Positions 12,945 through 27,605 of a DNA stretch of 64,000 nt are shown piece by piece (within the stretch, counting starts at the first letter, position 1; each line of letters opens with the position of its first letter). The translations under genes were made by a program, and so were the position numbers. This DNA is from Kudoa neothunni (lineage: Eukaryota > Animalia > Cnidaria), in assembly GCA_964304625.1 (NCBI GenBank), contig OZ199839.1:8790221-8854220 (forward strand). Direction: 5' to 3'. The notes below the pieces were generated by a model that was not told the origin of the DNA, did not search any database, and saw only the letters and a program-made list of their open reading frames with translations.

Positions 12945-15900
12945 ACATGATTCCAAAAAATGATGAATGTTTTTAAAAATACAACGAACAAATTAGGGTT
13001 TATCATTAAAATATTTTCCGTAATATAATTGTTTTGTATTTGAAGTCACAATTTTACAGAAAATTTAATCTAATATATTTATTTTCTAATGATTATTGGA
13101 TCCCGTAACTAATGGTGTTTGCAACTAGTTATGAAATTGACGTAATCCTCCCAAAAAAGTCAATGTATCAAAGTTAAATCCATGTGATATCTTAAAATGC
13201 AAAGAAAAAAGATTTTAATTTAATAAAGATACATCCCAGCTACTCAATAAAAATTGCGCTCGTTATCATTAAAAAGTTGTTTAATAATAAATTCCTTAAA
13301 TAATTATGCATATTTATTCGTTGATGTAAAAATTAAATTTATTACTTACAATTAGAAGGTATGATTCCATAATAAAATTTTGTTGTATAATCTTAACTTA
13401 GGTGTGCTTGTCTCGAAAATAATACCCAGCCTTATATTAATCTACGAGAGAAATAGATACTAGGTCTTTTATTTCTAACATAAAATCAAAAAGGTTATAC
13501 TTCTATGTGACCATCTAAAAAAGTAATATAGACTGAGTTTTGTATAACACAAAATTTTATCATTTTCACAGAAAATTTATTATTAATTTTTCTGTAATTA
13601 AAACCCATTATTCAAGGTTCTGAGGAATAAGCATTACCAAGATACTCTAAAACATTGTCAGATCATTTAATATTCCCGCTAAAAATATCACTAAGTCTTA
13701 ATTTCGATGTGGGTATTATTTTTTAGGCAACACGATAGGAAGTAATATTTTATAGTGTGTAATAAAAATAACGTCTCAATTTAATACGTTATATTAAGGC
13801 TTTACTGTATATACTTTAAAACCATATCGTCTACCTCTCTCGGCTTTGAAGTCAATTTAAAGTCTTAATCAGAATTATGCAAGTATTTTTTTTCAAAATA
13901 AATGATAAAGATGAATAATTCAAGAAAAAGAAAAAGTATTAGAAAACTATATTGTATCTAAATGATTCAATTTGCCATTAAGACATCAATTCGTCTATAT
14001 CCGATTAATTTTCTTACAAAATACCATGTCAGTATTTCGGTTTCTAGGTAAGAATTAATTCCTATATTTTAAATCAATATATCGAAAAAATTTAACGAGA
14101 TACCATATATTCAATAAATAAATGAGATTAGAAACTAAAAAGTTGATATTTTGGAAGCAATGATAGTCATAAGAGATTCGAGGAATGCAATAGTTCAAAG
14201 ACCCTCAAAAATTGTTCCCTAAAAGTCAGATTTTGCTTAGATACATTTAACAATGAATAATCATTTGATTGTGAGACAGAATTATTATTGAATTAATTTC
14301 AGATACTACAGAAGGGTAAGTATAGTGAGGAAAAGATCTCTCATAACCATTTGTGATAACGACTTACCTTTTCCATTGAAACATTCGAATAAATAACAAT
14401 TGAAAAAATAGTAGAAAAATAAAGACAGCAATGACTCACTGTCAATGTAGGTGATTCTTTAAATTTAAAGCGTCACAAAAAATTAAATATATTTTTCAAA
14501 ATCTTCGGTTACTATGGAATTAACGTTAATTCAATTTTGATGTGGGATGTCCATGGAATAAAAAAACAAAAATAACTGATTTTTCTCTAGATAACATTTG
14601 AAAATATTTTTAATAAATATTTCAATTCACAGGTATTCTAAAATATACAAAATATACGATAGATTCTATCTTCCTCGTAATTATTTAAGTACCTAAGAAA
14701 TGCGAATGCGAATGCAAATGAGTGATTCTGTGGTTTCTAAGTTTACATCATTTTTAATAACATATTTAATCAATCATCCGTTTATTAAAATAAGAAAAAA
14801 GGTAAATTTCCGCCTATCTGTACCTTAAATAGAAGCGTTAAAGTATTGTTTGAACATTTCATAGATCATAACAACATTTATAATTGCCAAAAAATATATA
14901 TATCAGACATGAAATAATAATTATCAATAACGAAGTATTAATTTATCAGTAATGAGTTTCTTTGTGGAATTTAATATGCACAAACCCAAATCGAACGGAA
15001 GCCGCCATAATAATTATTTCGATAATCATTATAAACACAAAAAGGTATCTTTTCATCGTTGACTCTTTTTTCGGTAATGTACAACCATATTTATGTGTTC
15101 AAGGAAAATATTTCCCTTTTCTAGCACTCGATACTTTGGTTTCTCATCCCTGTACAGCGTACACACTTAGATAGATATTAAACAAATTATTACCCTCGTT
15201 TATATAGATTTATCTAGATGTTGAATCTTGGATCGCTGAAAATTAACATTTCATAAAAAGGGTTAGAACTCCTTCAGAGTCAATATTTATAATGATAGAC
15301 ATATTTAAACATTACTTTTTCCGTGTTGTAATCAACAAGCCTTTTCTATAAATATTCTCATGTATTATTGTTGTGTATATCAAAAACAAGCTTAAGCAAT
15401 TTTTAAAATAGTTGTTCTGTCAAAATAAGTATAATACAAATGATATAATCAATAAAAATAATTACGGAGAAGGTATTGGTATCGCATATAACATGGATTT
15501 GAATTGATAGGGATTGTATAAATCTATCAATGCTTTCAGTTTTTTCTTCCAGAAGTGGATTAATTATCTATATCATAATAATAAAAATCAAATGCGTTTG
15601 AAAATGTGCATTGCATAGGTTTGAGTTATCAATTTAAATAATACCCTTTTGATCATAATTTTTCTGTTTAATACCATTTTTAAATAAATAAATTGACAAA
15701 AAAATTATACTAGTCATGCCTTACGTTTCCACTAAATATTTATATATTTTTCAAAGAGTTGATTCGTGATTTTTTATAAAATTTGAGAAAACCCAGCAAA
15801 TTACGGCTAATTAAATATTCATGTTTTTCATAAAATGTAAAAAATGTCAATAATTTTAAACTTATCAAAAATATAATAATATATAAGTGGATATATAACA

Positions 15901-17169
15901 AAAAACTAGTCTCTATGAATCATTTATCCTTAAAGAGTCAGATTAAGTCGGAAGTATTTTATAGGATTTACGTGCAAGCGCTTAATAATATTAGTGTTAT
16001 TATTAAGTAGGCGTTGAAATTAATGTTAAATTATTAATATCCTTCTTTTATGTTGATTCCATGATAGTGTAAAATAGATTAAGTAATAATATTAAATAAA
16101 ATTCTTAATTAACGTAATTCAATCAATGAAATTCCGCAAAATATCGATCAAGTGAAAATAAATTACGTTTAAAGCCTCAAATAAAGTAGATTATTAGATA
16201 ATTGTTATAATATTTGAAGGGCTTTAATAAGATAAGGACCCTTAAGAAACGTTAGCGGTAATTGAAGGCCATCAATAAATATTATTAGAATCTCTAGGAT
16301 AGCAATAAATTGAATAATTAATATATAATCCATTATTATGAATAAATAGGTTACCAATTGTATTATTGACATCGTGCTATGACTGTATGCTACAAAAATT
16401 CCAGCGGCTCACATTATAAACAATCAAAATAACATAATTTCATTTTAACTCATTAGCTTATTAATACTAAATATAATAAACTTATTTTTTACCATTTAAT
16501 ATAGCAGAAATGAAATAGGTTGTATTTATTTCAAAAATATAGTATGTTTGTAACAACATTATATTAAATTTTACGTAAATTATAAAAATCAACGAGATAA
16601 TTTACATAGCAGTAATTATATTAATTATAAACTTGTCAAATTTGATATTAAATCTAAATAAATTCATTAGTTATTAATTAAATATTTCATTGAAATTTAG
16701 TAGTTGTATTCACCTTTCTTTTATTTCCAAGATTAATCCCTAATAGAAGCTTTAGTGTAATTTGAATTTCATTTGAGATGGTTCGTTAAAAAATGTTCAA
16801 ATTTTGGTTATAAAAAACCGAACGAAACTCACGAACTTGTCTATCCTGTAATTTGCACATCCGATACTCTCGGGCTCCTGGGTCCACCCAGTCGAAAAAT
16901 ATATTAATGGGTTAATTTTCAAAAATGGCGCTACGCCTAAGCACGCAGAAAAAAGAGATTCTATCGTATAAATCTATCAACTTTTGATGGAAGCTTAAAA
17001 CAATGTGTTTTTTTGAAGTATATTTTCCCCAATTTTTCGATTTTTTTGATATAGTTGTTGGTTGTCATCGAAGTGCAGTTTCTAGATTTAACTAAAATTA
17101 AATAAATTATTGCGTAGGATAAAATTTATTTATTACATTTTCAGTATTTAATCCACCTTTTAAATATTA

Positions 17170-18860
17170 TCATGACGTAAATATTTGTCTGAGTCGGTCT
17201 AAGCACGCTCGGTATCCTAAGAGAGAGATTCGTACGAAGAATAGGGCTCCTACATTACAATAAGATTGCATAATTTTTTGGATAATTTTAATCATAAAAT
17301 CGGGTTTAAATATTGAATATTAATAACATATGGCTTAGAATTAAAAGATAATTTTTTACGAAATTTGTTAGGAATAGAGTATAATTAATTTTAGGAATTT
17401 ACATGATATTTGGACAAAAAATTCCACTCAAAAACGGTATTTAAAAATTTTATCTTGCAACTGGATTCATGGAGTACAAATCTGTTTGCTAATAATAATA
17501 ATAATAATAATAAATAGTGGTAATAGAATTTAAATAGCGTAGTTAAATAAATACGCGTTGTCAGTATACATAAGCTCTCTTAGTAAGTAAATGTAGCATT
17601 TAAAAAAACGTTAAATCAACATCATACGATGTTAGTAGCTTATGCAATGTCGAGGCAAGATTGATTACTATTAGTTCCTTTTTCTCATGTGGATGGGGCA
17701 TGTTATTCCATTGGTTGATATTGCATATTTCGGAAGCCTCACAAGTGACCTTATATTTAAACGTGGTTTCCAATAAGTGGACACATTCTTCGAAATTATA
17801 ATCTCCTAATAGATGAATTTCTCTGCTATGAGTAAATATGGGGTTGCATGAGCTTTTCGACATGTTTTCATGGAAAATTATACTAACATTGTCTGAGTAG
17901 CAAGGATGTTCCAAGACGCATCTTCCTTCTTTACATTGATCCTTTAATTATTAAAAAAATAAAATTTTAGAATTAATAAGAATTTATTTGTATATTTCAA
18001 GAAGACTCTGAAGTGAGAGTGATAATGCGTTTTGTATTTTGTTACAATAAAATTGATTGGAGATAAAAAAGAAATCGTGATTATTCACAGTTAATTTGGA
18101 GACAAAATTTTCAGTATAAATCTCTGGATGTTTGGTTTCCCAAAAGATACCGAAATCCCTGTTATTTATTACCATATATGCTTTTTCTTCGTATGTCTAA
18201 ATAAATACATTCCAGATATAAGTATTTTTATTATTATTCAATTTATTACCTCCGGAACAAAGAAATAAAAGTATCTTAGAAAGGCATATACACCCATCTT
18301 ACGACCATCGAATATTTCCACCTTAGAAATAAGATCAATCTCCATATAATCTTTAAGGTTCTTTTTAATTGATTCCATTTCCTCATATACCAATTCTGTT
18401 ATGTCACTAAAAAGGTAAATATAAGTGAAACTTATTTTCACCCGAATTAATTGCCTGTAGAGATGACAATCTGTGTATATAGCATGAGCATATACTTGTT
18501 CTGGATCGACTCTATTGACGAATGCAGTTTCGTCAATATACTTTTTGATAAAATTTCCTTTCTTATCTAAAATAATGTATTTAATATGGGGGAAGTTACA
18601 ATTTTTATGACCTTCCTTTGTAATTATTACTGAACGAAAATTCTCTGAATGTAGTATTCCATGAGAATCCACGATAAATATAGATATTAGTAATTTAAAT
18701 TCATTACACATATTGACATATAAGGCGGTAATCTTGATAGTTAATTAAACATTAACTATGTTATAGAAACCTATTTTACAATTTTTTGATCTTCATAAGT
18801 TTGTGTGAGCAGTGATAATACAAAACCAACTAGAATAATAATTTTTGAGTGGTGTATCAT
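17170..18860 (-). CDS. Highly divergent secreted GDA1/CD39 (NTPDase/apyrase)-like protein lacking catalytic motifs, copy C; 3' end uncertain
   Basis: Signal-like start MIHHSKIIILVGFVLSLLTQT. Segments KVEIFDGRKMGVYAFL, KLTVNNHDFFFISNQFYCNKIQNAL, HPCYSDN and LLGDYNFEECVHLLETTFKYKVTCEASEICNIN are collinear with CD39 ([75 protein letters not shown]). Confidence 0.65.
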
Positions 18861-20029
18861 TGCGAAAGTCCAGTTGTTATTTCTCAAGTAAATGTAGAGG
18901 GCACTCCTGCAATGGTTACAGTAAACTTTGTTCGTTAATAATAACGAAAATTCGTCTTATATAAAAATATTTAATTGATTGACATTAATTAAATTTTCAA
19001 AATAAAACTATATTCAATAATAAATGATAATCTATGTAAATTGTTTTATTTTTAATACTTTATAATCCAAATTTAATTGGTTATAATATTAAAATTTTAT
19101 ATTATAATTATTTAAAGAAAGAAACTGGTTCCATTACTTGTTACATTAAAACAATATCATTTTTCTCATGAGTATATTCGTTTATAAGACTACATGATTT
19201 AATATGGAGTTAAACGATAATTATGTAAACAATAATAAAATTCATGAATCTCCAAAAAATAAATCCCAAATTATTACATTTATTTAAATTTGAAAGAGAA
19301 CTTAACAATGTATCATCCAGTAAATTTCAAAATTTCTTGGATGAAACTTTTTACTCACCTATTGTTATGCCTATCATATTGATAAATTTCTAATCGAAAA
19401 ACATTAGGTTGGGCCGTACATTGTTAAAAAATTAAATAATACAACATAATAAAGTCATAACTGTTGGTTTGATGTTTACTATTACCTTCTTTAATTTAAA
19501 TAAAATTACCCTTATTAAATTAATTATGAGATTATTAGTTATGAATTTATATCTATATTTAAAATTACACCTTAGAAAATAAGCATTTGCTATTATATAT
19601 ATCATATAATATACTTCAATAAATATTAGTTTTTATTTATAATACATTTTTATATTTTGGTGGTAAAAATTAGTTTAAAGTCTGAATGTAAACAATCGAA
19701 GGATTATTTTTCACCTAAGCTATAGATATAGATAACCAACCTTAATTTGATAATTTAACAGCAGAAAAATAGAGTCGGAGAATGATTTATCCAATTATAT
19801 TTTCAAAATAGCAAAATGTTCGTTGGTTTCATAAATATATAATTTAAATCTTTTGAGTTACCAAAATGTTTTATTACTGAATCAAAAAACCTCAAAAAGT
19901 GTACTAAAACCTATAAACACAGCATTTATAATGGAGTGAGATGATTAATATGTAATATTCGAATTGCGACAAATAAATATAATCGACAACGCGATCTTCG
20001 TGCGCAAAAAATATATTCTCTAACCAAAT

Positions 20030-21420
20030 TGGATATAGAGTCCGATGAACAATTATTGTTAGCTAATTTTCCAATTTTATGTTTTTGCTATAGCTTCTTA
20101 ATAAAAAGCGGAGTAATAGCTCGAATAATTATTCATTATTATCCTGACTTTGTCCATCTTTTCGGAATATGTAGTTATCGAAGCTCCAAGATTGCACTTA
20201 GCATAGTTAATGTCCTGCTCTACGAAATATTGAATTTTGGTTAATTTCTCTATAAAGATTGACATTAATGGATGGGTTTGCTCAAATTTATTCGAAAAAT
20301 GGTGGTGCAATATCTCAGTTGTGTTCTTAGTTAAGACTACGTTCGTATTAATTCTATTGAGAGTTTCCCCGATGAGGTTGGGTATTTTATGGAATTTTTT
20401 TAAAAATATTCAATTAAATTGGTAGGATCGTTATAAGAAGTTGAAGACTCTCGTTTCAATTATTCAAATTGAATACTGACACCAACGCTAACAACGTGAA
20501 GCATTTAATATAGATTTTACAATTAGAATCATTCGTGTATAGTGGAGCCAACCAAATTTTTGAATTTTTCTCCACACACATTGCCCAGATGAAATAGGCA
20601 GAAATATACGGAGCTATTGGTTGACGTTTTTAATGCATTGTAAGTTGACATTTCAAAATCGACGATGGCGTACTGTGGTAGTTCAATTTTTGTTTTCACT
20701 TTTAATACTTGAAACACGGCGTCATAATTCTCGATCGTTTCCCCGCTCATCAATACCTAAACCCATAAACCAGAGAAAAAGTCTTGTGAAACTGTTTTCC
20801 GTGTTTCACATAGAACTGGCTAACACAAATGACAGTCGAACCACTTTAAAAGTTCCCTCTGAAATCCTTAATGAGGAAGTTTTCAGGTGCAGTAAGTTTG
20901 TCTCTGTTGTGAATATGTTAATTCTTTTCTGAGATACACTTTCTGAATTGTACGGACAAAAATCTTCTCCACGGTGTGTTTTTATCTTTAACGTTGTAAT
21001 ATTGATGTCTAAATTTATATCGATGCTATTCCGCTTTCTAATCGCACGGATATTTTAATAAACTGATTCTTTTTTAATAATAGGGATTTAATGTATATTT
21101 ATGTTGGTCGTGATTAATGAATACACTTTGTTTGTTGCATATTTAGTTTGAGAGGCGCAATATTTTATTTTACCATCAAATAGTGCCTTTTTAATATCGT
21201 CTTTAGTGGCGATATGGTTATGTTCCGTTTCTTTTTCAACAATTAAAATATCTGGCAGGAGCGGTGTAATCAACCGGCCGGTCTTTGCAGGTTATTTTTT
21301 CGTGTCTCCTGAATAATTGTTTTTTAGAATGACACTTTACGTCAAAATATACGTCGTGTAGAATTTTCTGTCCCCCTTGTTGAGTTTCAAGTAGGTCATA
21401 ATTGGAGTTATCTCAATTTT
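20030..21420 (-). mobile_element. Degenerate Mutator/MULE transposase
   Basis: YAIVDFEMSTYNALK...VYFCLFHLG (DFE and CxFH motifs) plus a SEGTFKV remnant. Collinear with the element at 31780-33190. Many stops and frameshifts. Confidence 0.8.
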
Positions 21421-21829
21421 TTTCTTCGCTCATTCTCACTCAAAACCTTAATATTAGGGCGTCCTATGAGATTATCGGGAAAATCCCAAGGTTGAACTCT
21501 TAAAAATCCAAGATTTGGCAAAGAAAACACAATAGTATTATTAAAATAACAAGATTTTTTATTTGAATGCGTTTTGTAATTGTTTCCATCATTTAAATCG
21601 TCTTCTTCAACTAGTTTTATCTATTTTTCATGCGCCCAAGTTATCCTTGGCTCATATCATGTATTAGTTTATTTACTGAATTCCACGTCAAACATGTATT
21701 ATTACTTCTTTTGATCAACTATTTTGCGAGTATTTTACATTTTACAGATTCAACCTTTAATGAGTTAGTTTGTTTAGTTGTTATTGCGTTCATTAGTGAA
21801 AAAATTCGATCAACTCTTGCAACGTAAAT

Positions 21830-23264
21830 TAAAGTGTTGACATATCTATTAACTAAGAAAATGGAGACTTAAAAGATAAGACAGTTCATAATTATGGAAG
21901 GAAAACAAGTAATCTACTTTTTTAAATAATTGGTAACTAATGTTTACTTAAAATAAATACAGGCATATGTTCGGATCTAGTACAAATTTATCCAAGAACT
22001 GAATGCTTAACGTAAGTTTTAAAAGAAGAAATTATGAATAATTAACCTAGAAATATTTTTGTAAACATTGCATTACTATATGTAGCAGGGATGGCCAGAC
22101 TTATCCAAATATTCAAGAGCCTCAAGGCATTAAAATCATTTAAGTACCACTTGCTTACTTAAAACTTACATTTTTAGAACATTCTTGTTAAATATTATAA
22201 TAAAATGTTTTATAATTTTTCTTATTCATTCAATCGCCGGAACACTACATATAATTTTTATAGGTATAATTTACGATGGGTTTTCCAAAAAAGTAAATTA
22301 ATTGTTAATGGTCCAAGAATCTTTTCTTCTACGAAAAAGGTTGCAAAAATAATAATATATTTTTCGTATTTAATCATGTATGGTGGTCTGAGAAAAAATA
22401 AAATATATACGAATAAAGTGGTAACAAAAGAGTTTAATGCTTTCGGGTTTTTTAGAGATCGTTTCTGATGCTACAAGTTTTTTATGTTCCGCATTATCAG
22501 TGAGTTCACGTTAATCTGGTTCGTATGCTGTTAACGCTGTAAGAATTAGTTCCTTCAGGTGTTTGTTTGTTTGCTTGCTTGCTTGTTTCTTTTTGAGGGA
22601 GGAGGGGATCCACGATGCTTCGATTTTACAAACTTCATCGTTGAATAAATAGACTCACAACAATAAATTATTCCAAAGATAGAAACAAGTTTGAGGCAAA
22701 TTTATTTTGATTTTGGATAACTAATTTCTGGAACATACTTCCAAAATTCGCTTGGAAGGTTGGAATGATGAGTTATCTTTAAAGCTTGTTTAATTCTTTC
22801 GATATCTATCACCTTGGTAATGGTTAAACATTATTTCTAATTATATTTCCTAGTGAAACTAGTCATAATTCTAGTTTGTGTAAAATATTAAAACCATATG
22901 ATGGTGCTCACAAATGTTTTCTAATCAAAAATATTATTTAATTTATGACCAAAGAGCCATTTATTCACTTGATTAAATAGTTCAAACTTTGCAGTTTTTC
23001 CGAATTAAAGTGCTGGTTGAATTAAAAAAATTTAACTCAAAAAGGTTTTTTTCAAGAGCCACAATTCGGCCTCCCCTAATCTATAGGATACAACGTATGT
23101 CGTACGGTGATTGGTGGTTCTTTTGTCCGGAATTATGACTAAATAACTGTTCAGGATACTGAGAATCCGGATAATCGAACATTTTTTTGCCGACACCTAG
23201 TTTAAATAAAATCCAAATAAAACTTAAAATTCCTCCCGTTTAGTTTAACCTAAGTTCGGCTGTA
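21830..23264 (-). mobile_element. Tigger-like non-autonomous element (same family as 57757-58401), interrupted by a hAT element
   Basis: 21830-22080 and 23085-23200 are the reverse complement of 57850-58230. The terminus AAGTTCGGCTGTA at ~23252-23264 resembles the TACAGTCGAAC TIR. Confidence 0.65.
22086..23078. mobile_element. Non-autonomous hAT (Charlie-like) element
   Basis: TIRs CAGGGATGGCC and GGCCTCCCCTA. 8-bp TSD ATATGTAG / ATCTATAG (6/8 match). Subterminal (C/A)AAGAGCC repeats. Confidence 0.7.
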
Positions 23265-23428
23265 TACACAAATAAATATACATATCTGGTTTTATTTAAT
23301 ATTTTAAATGGCAATTATATAGCTGGATTTAAAAATCTATTTATTAAAAGAGCCACAACCATACACTTAAAGCGCGCGTAACTCACACAAGAAAACAGTT
23401 ATATATAACAAAAAATAAATTGGCAAGC

Positions 23429-26400
23429 TCAGAGGGTGTCAATCAAAAAATATTTATTGAAGTTGATTCTAAATCCAAGTGACTTCAAAGTGATATCGGA
23501 GTTATTTTGTAGGAAAATGACAAATTCACACACGTTTGTCTATTAAGAATTAACTCATATGTAATCATATCGATCACCAAAGTAATTACCTTGAATGAAG
23601 TTTGAATATTTTTGACGGAGTGAATAATATTATCGTCGCGATTTGTGGGCATCTTTCAAAAACAAATTTTAATTGTTCAAAAAATAATTTTTATACTTGA
23701 TCATGGGTGAAATCTTGTAGCGATACAATAATTTTATATTGTTTTTCAAGTGAGAAAATATCTTCAAATATGCAATTCAATATTTCATTGGCACGCTTCA
23801 AACATATGCGATCACACAACAAGTACACAACACACCATTGGTCATCCTACCGTATAGGTTCCGTCCAAAAAACAATAACGAGTAATCTTGTGTAGATACA
23901 CATTGTGGGCGTGTATAATCATATCCAGGTCGGTTGCCGAATTTATTTTAGCTGTCAAAGTATTTCTATGGCACTCGATCACCTACAATTTCACATTCAT
24001 TCAAAAATCATTATGCCGGCTAACCTCAAACATAATAAAGTATTGGAGTTGGTTGATGAAGAATAGCATTTCATGGACGAGGTGAGAGAATCGGCCGACA
24101 AAAATTCTGCTGTCTAAATTGAGCAAAATTTGGATTCTATAACTCAAAGCACCAATTAGCTGAAAAAGCAATATTATACATTTGGTTGATTGGCTGAACC
24201 ACATTTGAGAGAGACAGGTTTCTAGGTATTTTATTTTCCATAGAAAAGAGAATATAGTACGATAACACTTCATGGATTGTCTATTGAATATCTAAACGGG
24301 TGCGGTGGTGGCAGAAACAAATTAATGTATTTAAATGGCAATGTCAACAAAAATACCGTTGACAACGGGCCGTCAACTCTATAATCAAGGGTGAACAATT
24401 CGAGCATATTGAAATGAGGCATTTTGTCATAGATTCGACAGTCGATGCGTTGAACAACATCGGCCGGGTCGAATTGGGCAGTTGTTGATCTGATGGTGGT
24501 TTCCAGAATGGCTGCGATATTGTGAGCCAAAAATCGATTATCTTTATCGTTTCGACTACAAAAGATATAACTGAAATAAACATAAACCACAACAACATTA
24601 CATAATAGTATGCATTAGATAGAGTACAAAATCTCCACGACCAAGTAACAGATAGTCGTTGATAGCCTAATTAATCAAACTCAATTATTCCCGCCACATC
24701 AAGTACAGAGAAACAAGCTCGCTACTTTCAAATGAACGTTCAATTTGAGCTGATTCATCACCAGGTCTAACAACACTCTACTGGTATTGATGTAGATGGG
24801 GGTGATTATTTTGTCAATGTTCCGAACATCATCATCATAGTTTCTGAGGGATGATTCAGTTAGATTATTGATAGGTGGAATGAGAGTGGCATGATTAACA
24901 GTGTGATTAGAGTTGGTGTTCAAGTTGTTACGAAAATGACATTGATTCAATTCGTCTTGAATAATTCTAATAAAGCCGATAGATTTCCCAATCATAAGTA
25001 TCTATAGTACAAGAATTAAAGTTGGTGTATGTCATCATATTCTCGAAAATAAATTAATCAAATTGTTAAAGAAGGAAATAAATAAATAAAGTTAGACAGA
25101 CAAATCTGCCAACTCACTTTGTATGCAGTGTTGGAACTGATAAAATTAGGAATCAAATTTGATTTGAGTGTGAAGCGTTTTTTCCAAAATAACGACGTAC
25201 TACAATTTTTATTTGTCGATACGAAAAACTACAATCAAAAATTTAACATAAATTATCTTACGAAACAAATTAATATTAATAATAATAATAATGTACTTCA
25301 TTATATTGGTCATTTAGAACCCCCTGTGAGATGAACTGATGAAGAATAAAGCCTACAGATCGATAAGCCTATTTTAAAAGAAAAATATCAAACTGGGAAA
25401 TTTTATGAAGATTTATTCAATTGAATGAGTAATTACAGCGGTTAACATCTTGGAGGAGATTTCGCGACATAATCTATCCCCAGAAAATGTATAATTTCTT
25501 ATGCCAGATAATTTGGCCCCACTTGTTCTTCCTATTCGAACAATCCAGATTAACCATTATCATATCGATAGAAGATATGAACGTATACCGCTTATAAATT
25601 CCAATAAAAGATACATATAATTCAACCGCTTAGCCCAATAACGACTTGCCACATAAAGTTTCCTCAAGGTGAGAGGCGGCGATTCGTTTGTGGTGGTATT
25701 TTGAGTTGGTGGATTTTTAAAAAATTTTTTAACCTCTTTGTTGCCAGAAACACTTAAATTAGTAGCTTGATCGCACTCACAAAAACCCTCATTTAACAGA
25801 TGTGTATTCATTAGAGCATCCCAACCGGTCACCACTTTCGAATACTCAAGCAACTCACTTTTCACGTAGAAAATAATTCCCCTGGTAACCAAATGACAAG
25901 TTTTGGAGTTAGATTTGGCTGTGATGTAGCCATTCAATTTTCTACATATATATCCCATTTCGGCTAATCTACACCACAACGCATCATCATCACAAATTGT
26001 TATTTTTCTGAATAGAGTTACTTCATCAGAATTTCTTTCACAGATAACGACACTTTGATGTCTGTGTGTAGTAGATAACGATCACAATCCACACTGAACC
26101 GAATGTATTTCCCATTCAGCGATTGCATCACCAACAAAATATCTCGTAGTAGATCATTTTCCAGTAGAATTGGCGTTTTAAAACTGACACTGTCTGAAAT
26201 CAACAGACAATCCTTTGGTAAATTATTTCTAACCAATCTCAATTTATTTGAATATTCGAAAGGAGTGGGTTTGGTAGTTGGTGGATTGTCTTGTTCATCG
26301 CCGTCGACAACCTCATTTATTGATTCTATCCGATGCGATTATCAATCAATCCATCTACCAACCAACCGAAATACTTTCAAATGATTTCCTAATGAGGTTG

Positions 26401-27289
26401 TGATCTGTTTTCTGGAGCTTTGCATCCACTAAATTACGCCTCATTCAGATCTATTGAGATTAGCATGGATTATACCCTCATCAACAAAATTATTATCGGT
26501 CGAGTTCAAGTTGTCCAAGTTGTGAGTGTAGGTTGGGTGAGAGTTGTTATTATTCTCGAAACTCTACCGAGCAAATAACAAGGTTTCATCGAAAAATTAC
26601 ACTATATATAATTACCTCGTTCACACTGTTGAATGAGAATTTCTAAACACCAACCCTATTAATCCAATAATACCAATCACTCAAAACAAATACAGATTTG
26701 GGATGGGTGTACAAACTTAACCAAGTCAAAAATTGCGCTATCACTAACGGATTGTTGGTTGCTTTCTAAACACAGATTCAACAACTACTCATCACCACTC
26801 AACCTACGTCATTCATCAAATTTTCTACTTGCAAAACAATGCTATTAATTTGATCTTTTTTATTCATTCGTTCAACTATCATGTAACACACACAAAGATT
26901 GATAATCAACAAATGATCGGTGGCATACGCATCCGTTGAATTCGTATTTTCAGTTTTGAAAATATGACCTTTTTCTTTGTGGGCATACTATAGTTGATTA
27001 AAAGGACTATAAATTAATTTATTGATCACCCATTCAATATTTCCTTCGCTGTACCATACACGTAGAGAAAATTTTCCATCAAATTTTTCTCGGTAGGCTC
27101 ATTAAATCCATCATCTTCTTTGACTATAACGCGGTTAGGATACACATTTGATTTGATTTGATTTAAGTTAATTTGATTTGATTTGATTTAGGTTATGTTA
27201 AGTTAAATTAAATTAATTAATTTATCACGTTTCAGGTGATTTTTCACAAGCAGCTCCAACAATTGGTCTATAATATCTTTGGATGACAT
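23429..27289 (-). CDS. TUBGCP3: Gamma-tubulin complex component 3 (GCP3/Spc98), multi-exon
   Basis: LLRDILLVMQSLNGKYI, LTLRKLYV, MIGKSIGFIR, HNIAAILETTIRSTTAQFDPADVVQRIDCR, FTLDYRVDGPLSTVF, HEMLFFINQLQYFIMFEV and C-terminal LKSLGFRINFNKYF match GCP3 GRIP1/GRIP2 motifs. ATG at 27287-27289, TGA at 23429-23431. Confidence 0.9.
27146..27192. repeat. (ATTTG)n pentamer repeat in the first TUBGCP3 intron
   Basis: ATTTGATTTGATTTGATTTAAGTTAATTTGATTTGATTTGATTTAG is directly visible. Confidence 0.8.
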
Positions 27290-27595
27290 GGTGAATCCTA
27301 AGGAAAAATTGACTGTTTTTAGCCTCGCTATTTCTCGATTTCATTCGTATTTGGCAAAGTTGTAACAGTTCACATTTTTTTACGTATTTTTGTGTGTGAT
27401 GATTTTTATTAAAATTTTAATATATTTTTTGACGTGGAGATTGTACTATGCGCAAAACTAATTTGGCGTTGAATGACGCCACGTTTTCGTGGAATGTTAT
27501 TTTCAATCTACGGCCGTGCCTCAATATTGCGTAATATTTTAGGGCTGAGAAAAATTAATCAGTAGGAAAACATTACGCATTAATATCAAGCCATC

Positions 27596-27605
27596 TGCGC
27601 ATGCG
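27596..27605. promoter_or_regulatory. NRF1-like GCGCATGCG motif upstream of TUBGCP3
   Basis: TGCGCATGCG lies ~305 bp upstream of the ATG in very AT-rich DNA. Confidence 0.35.
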
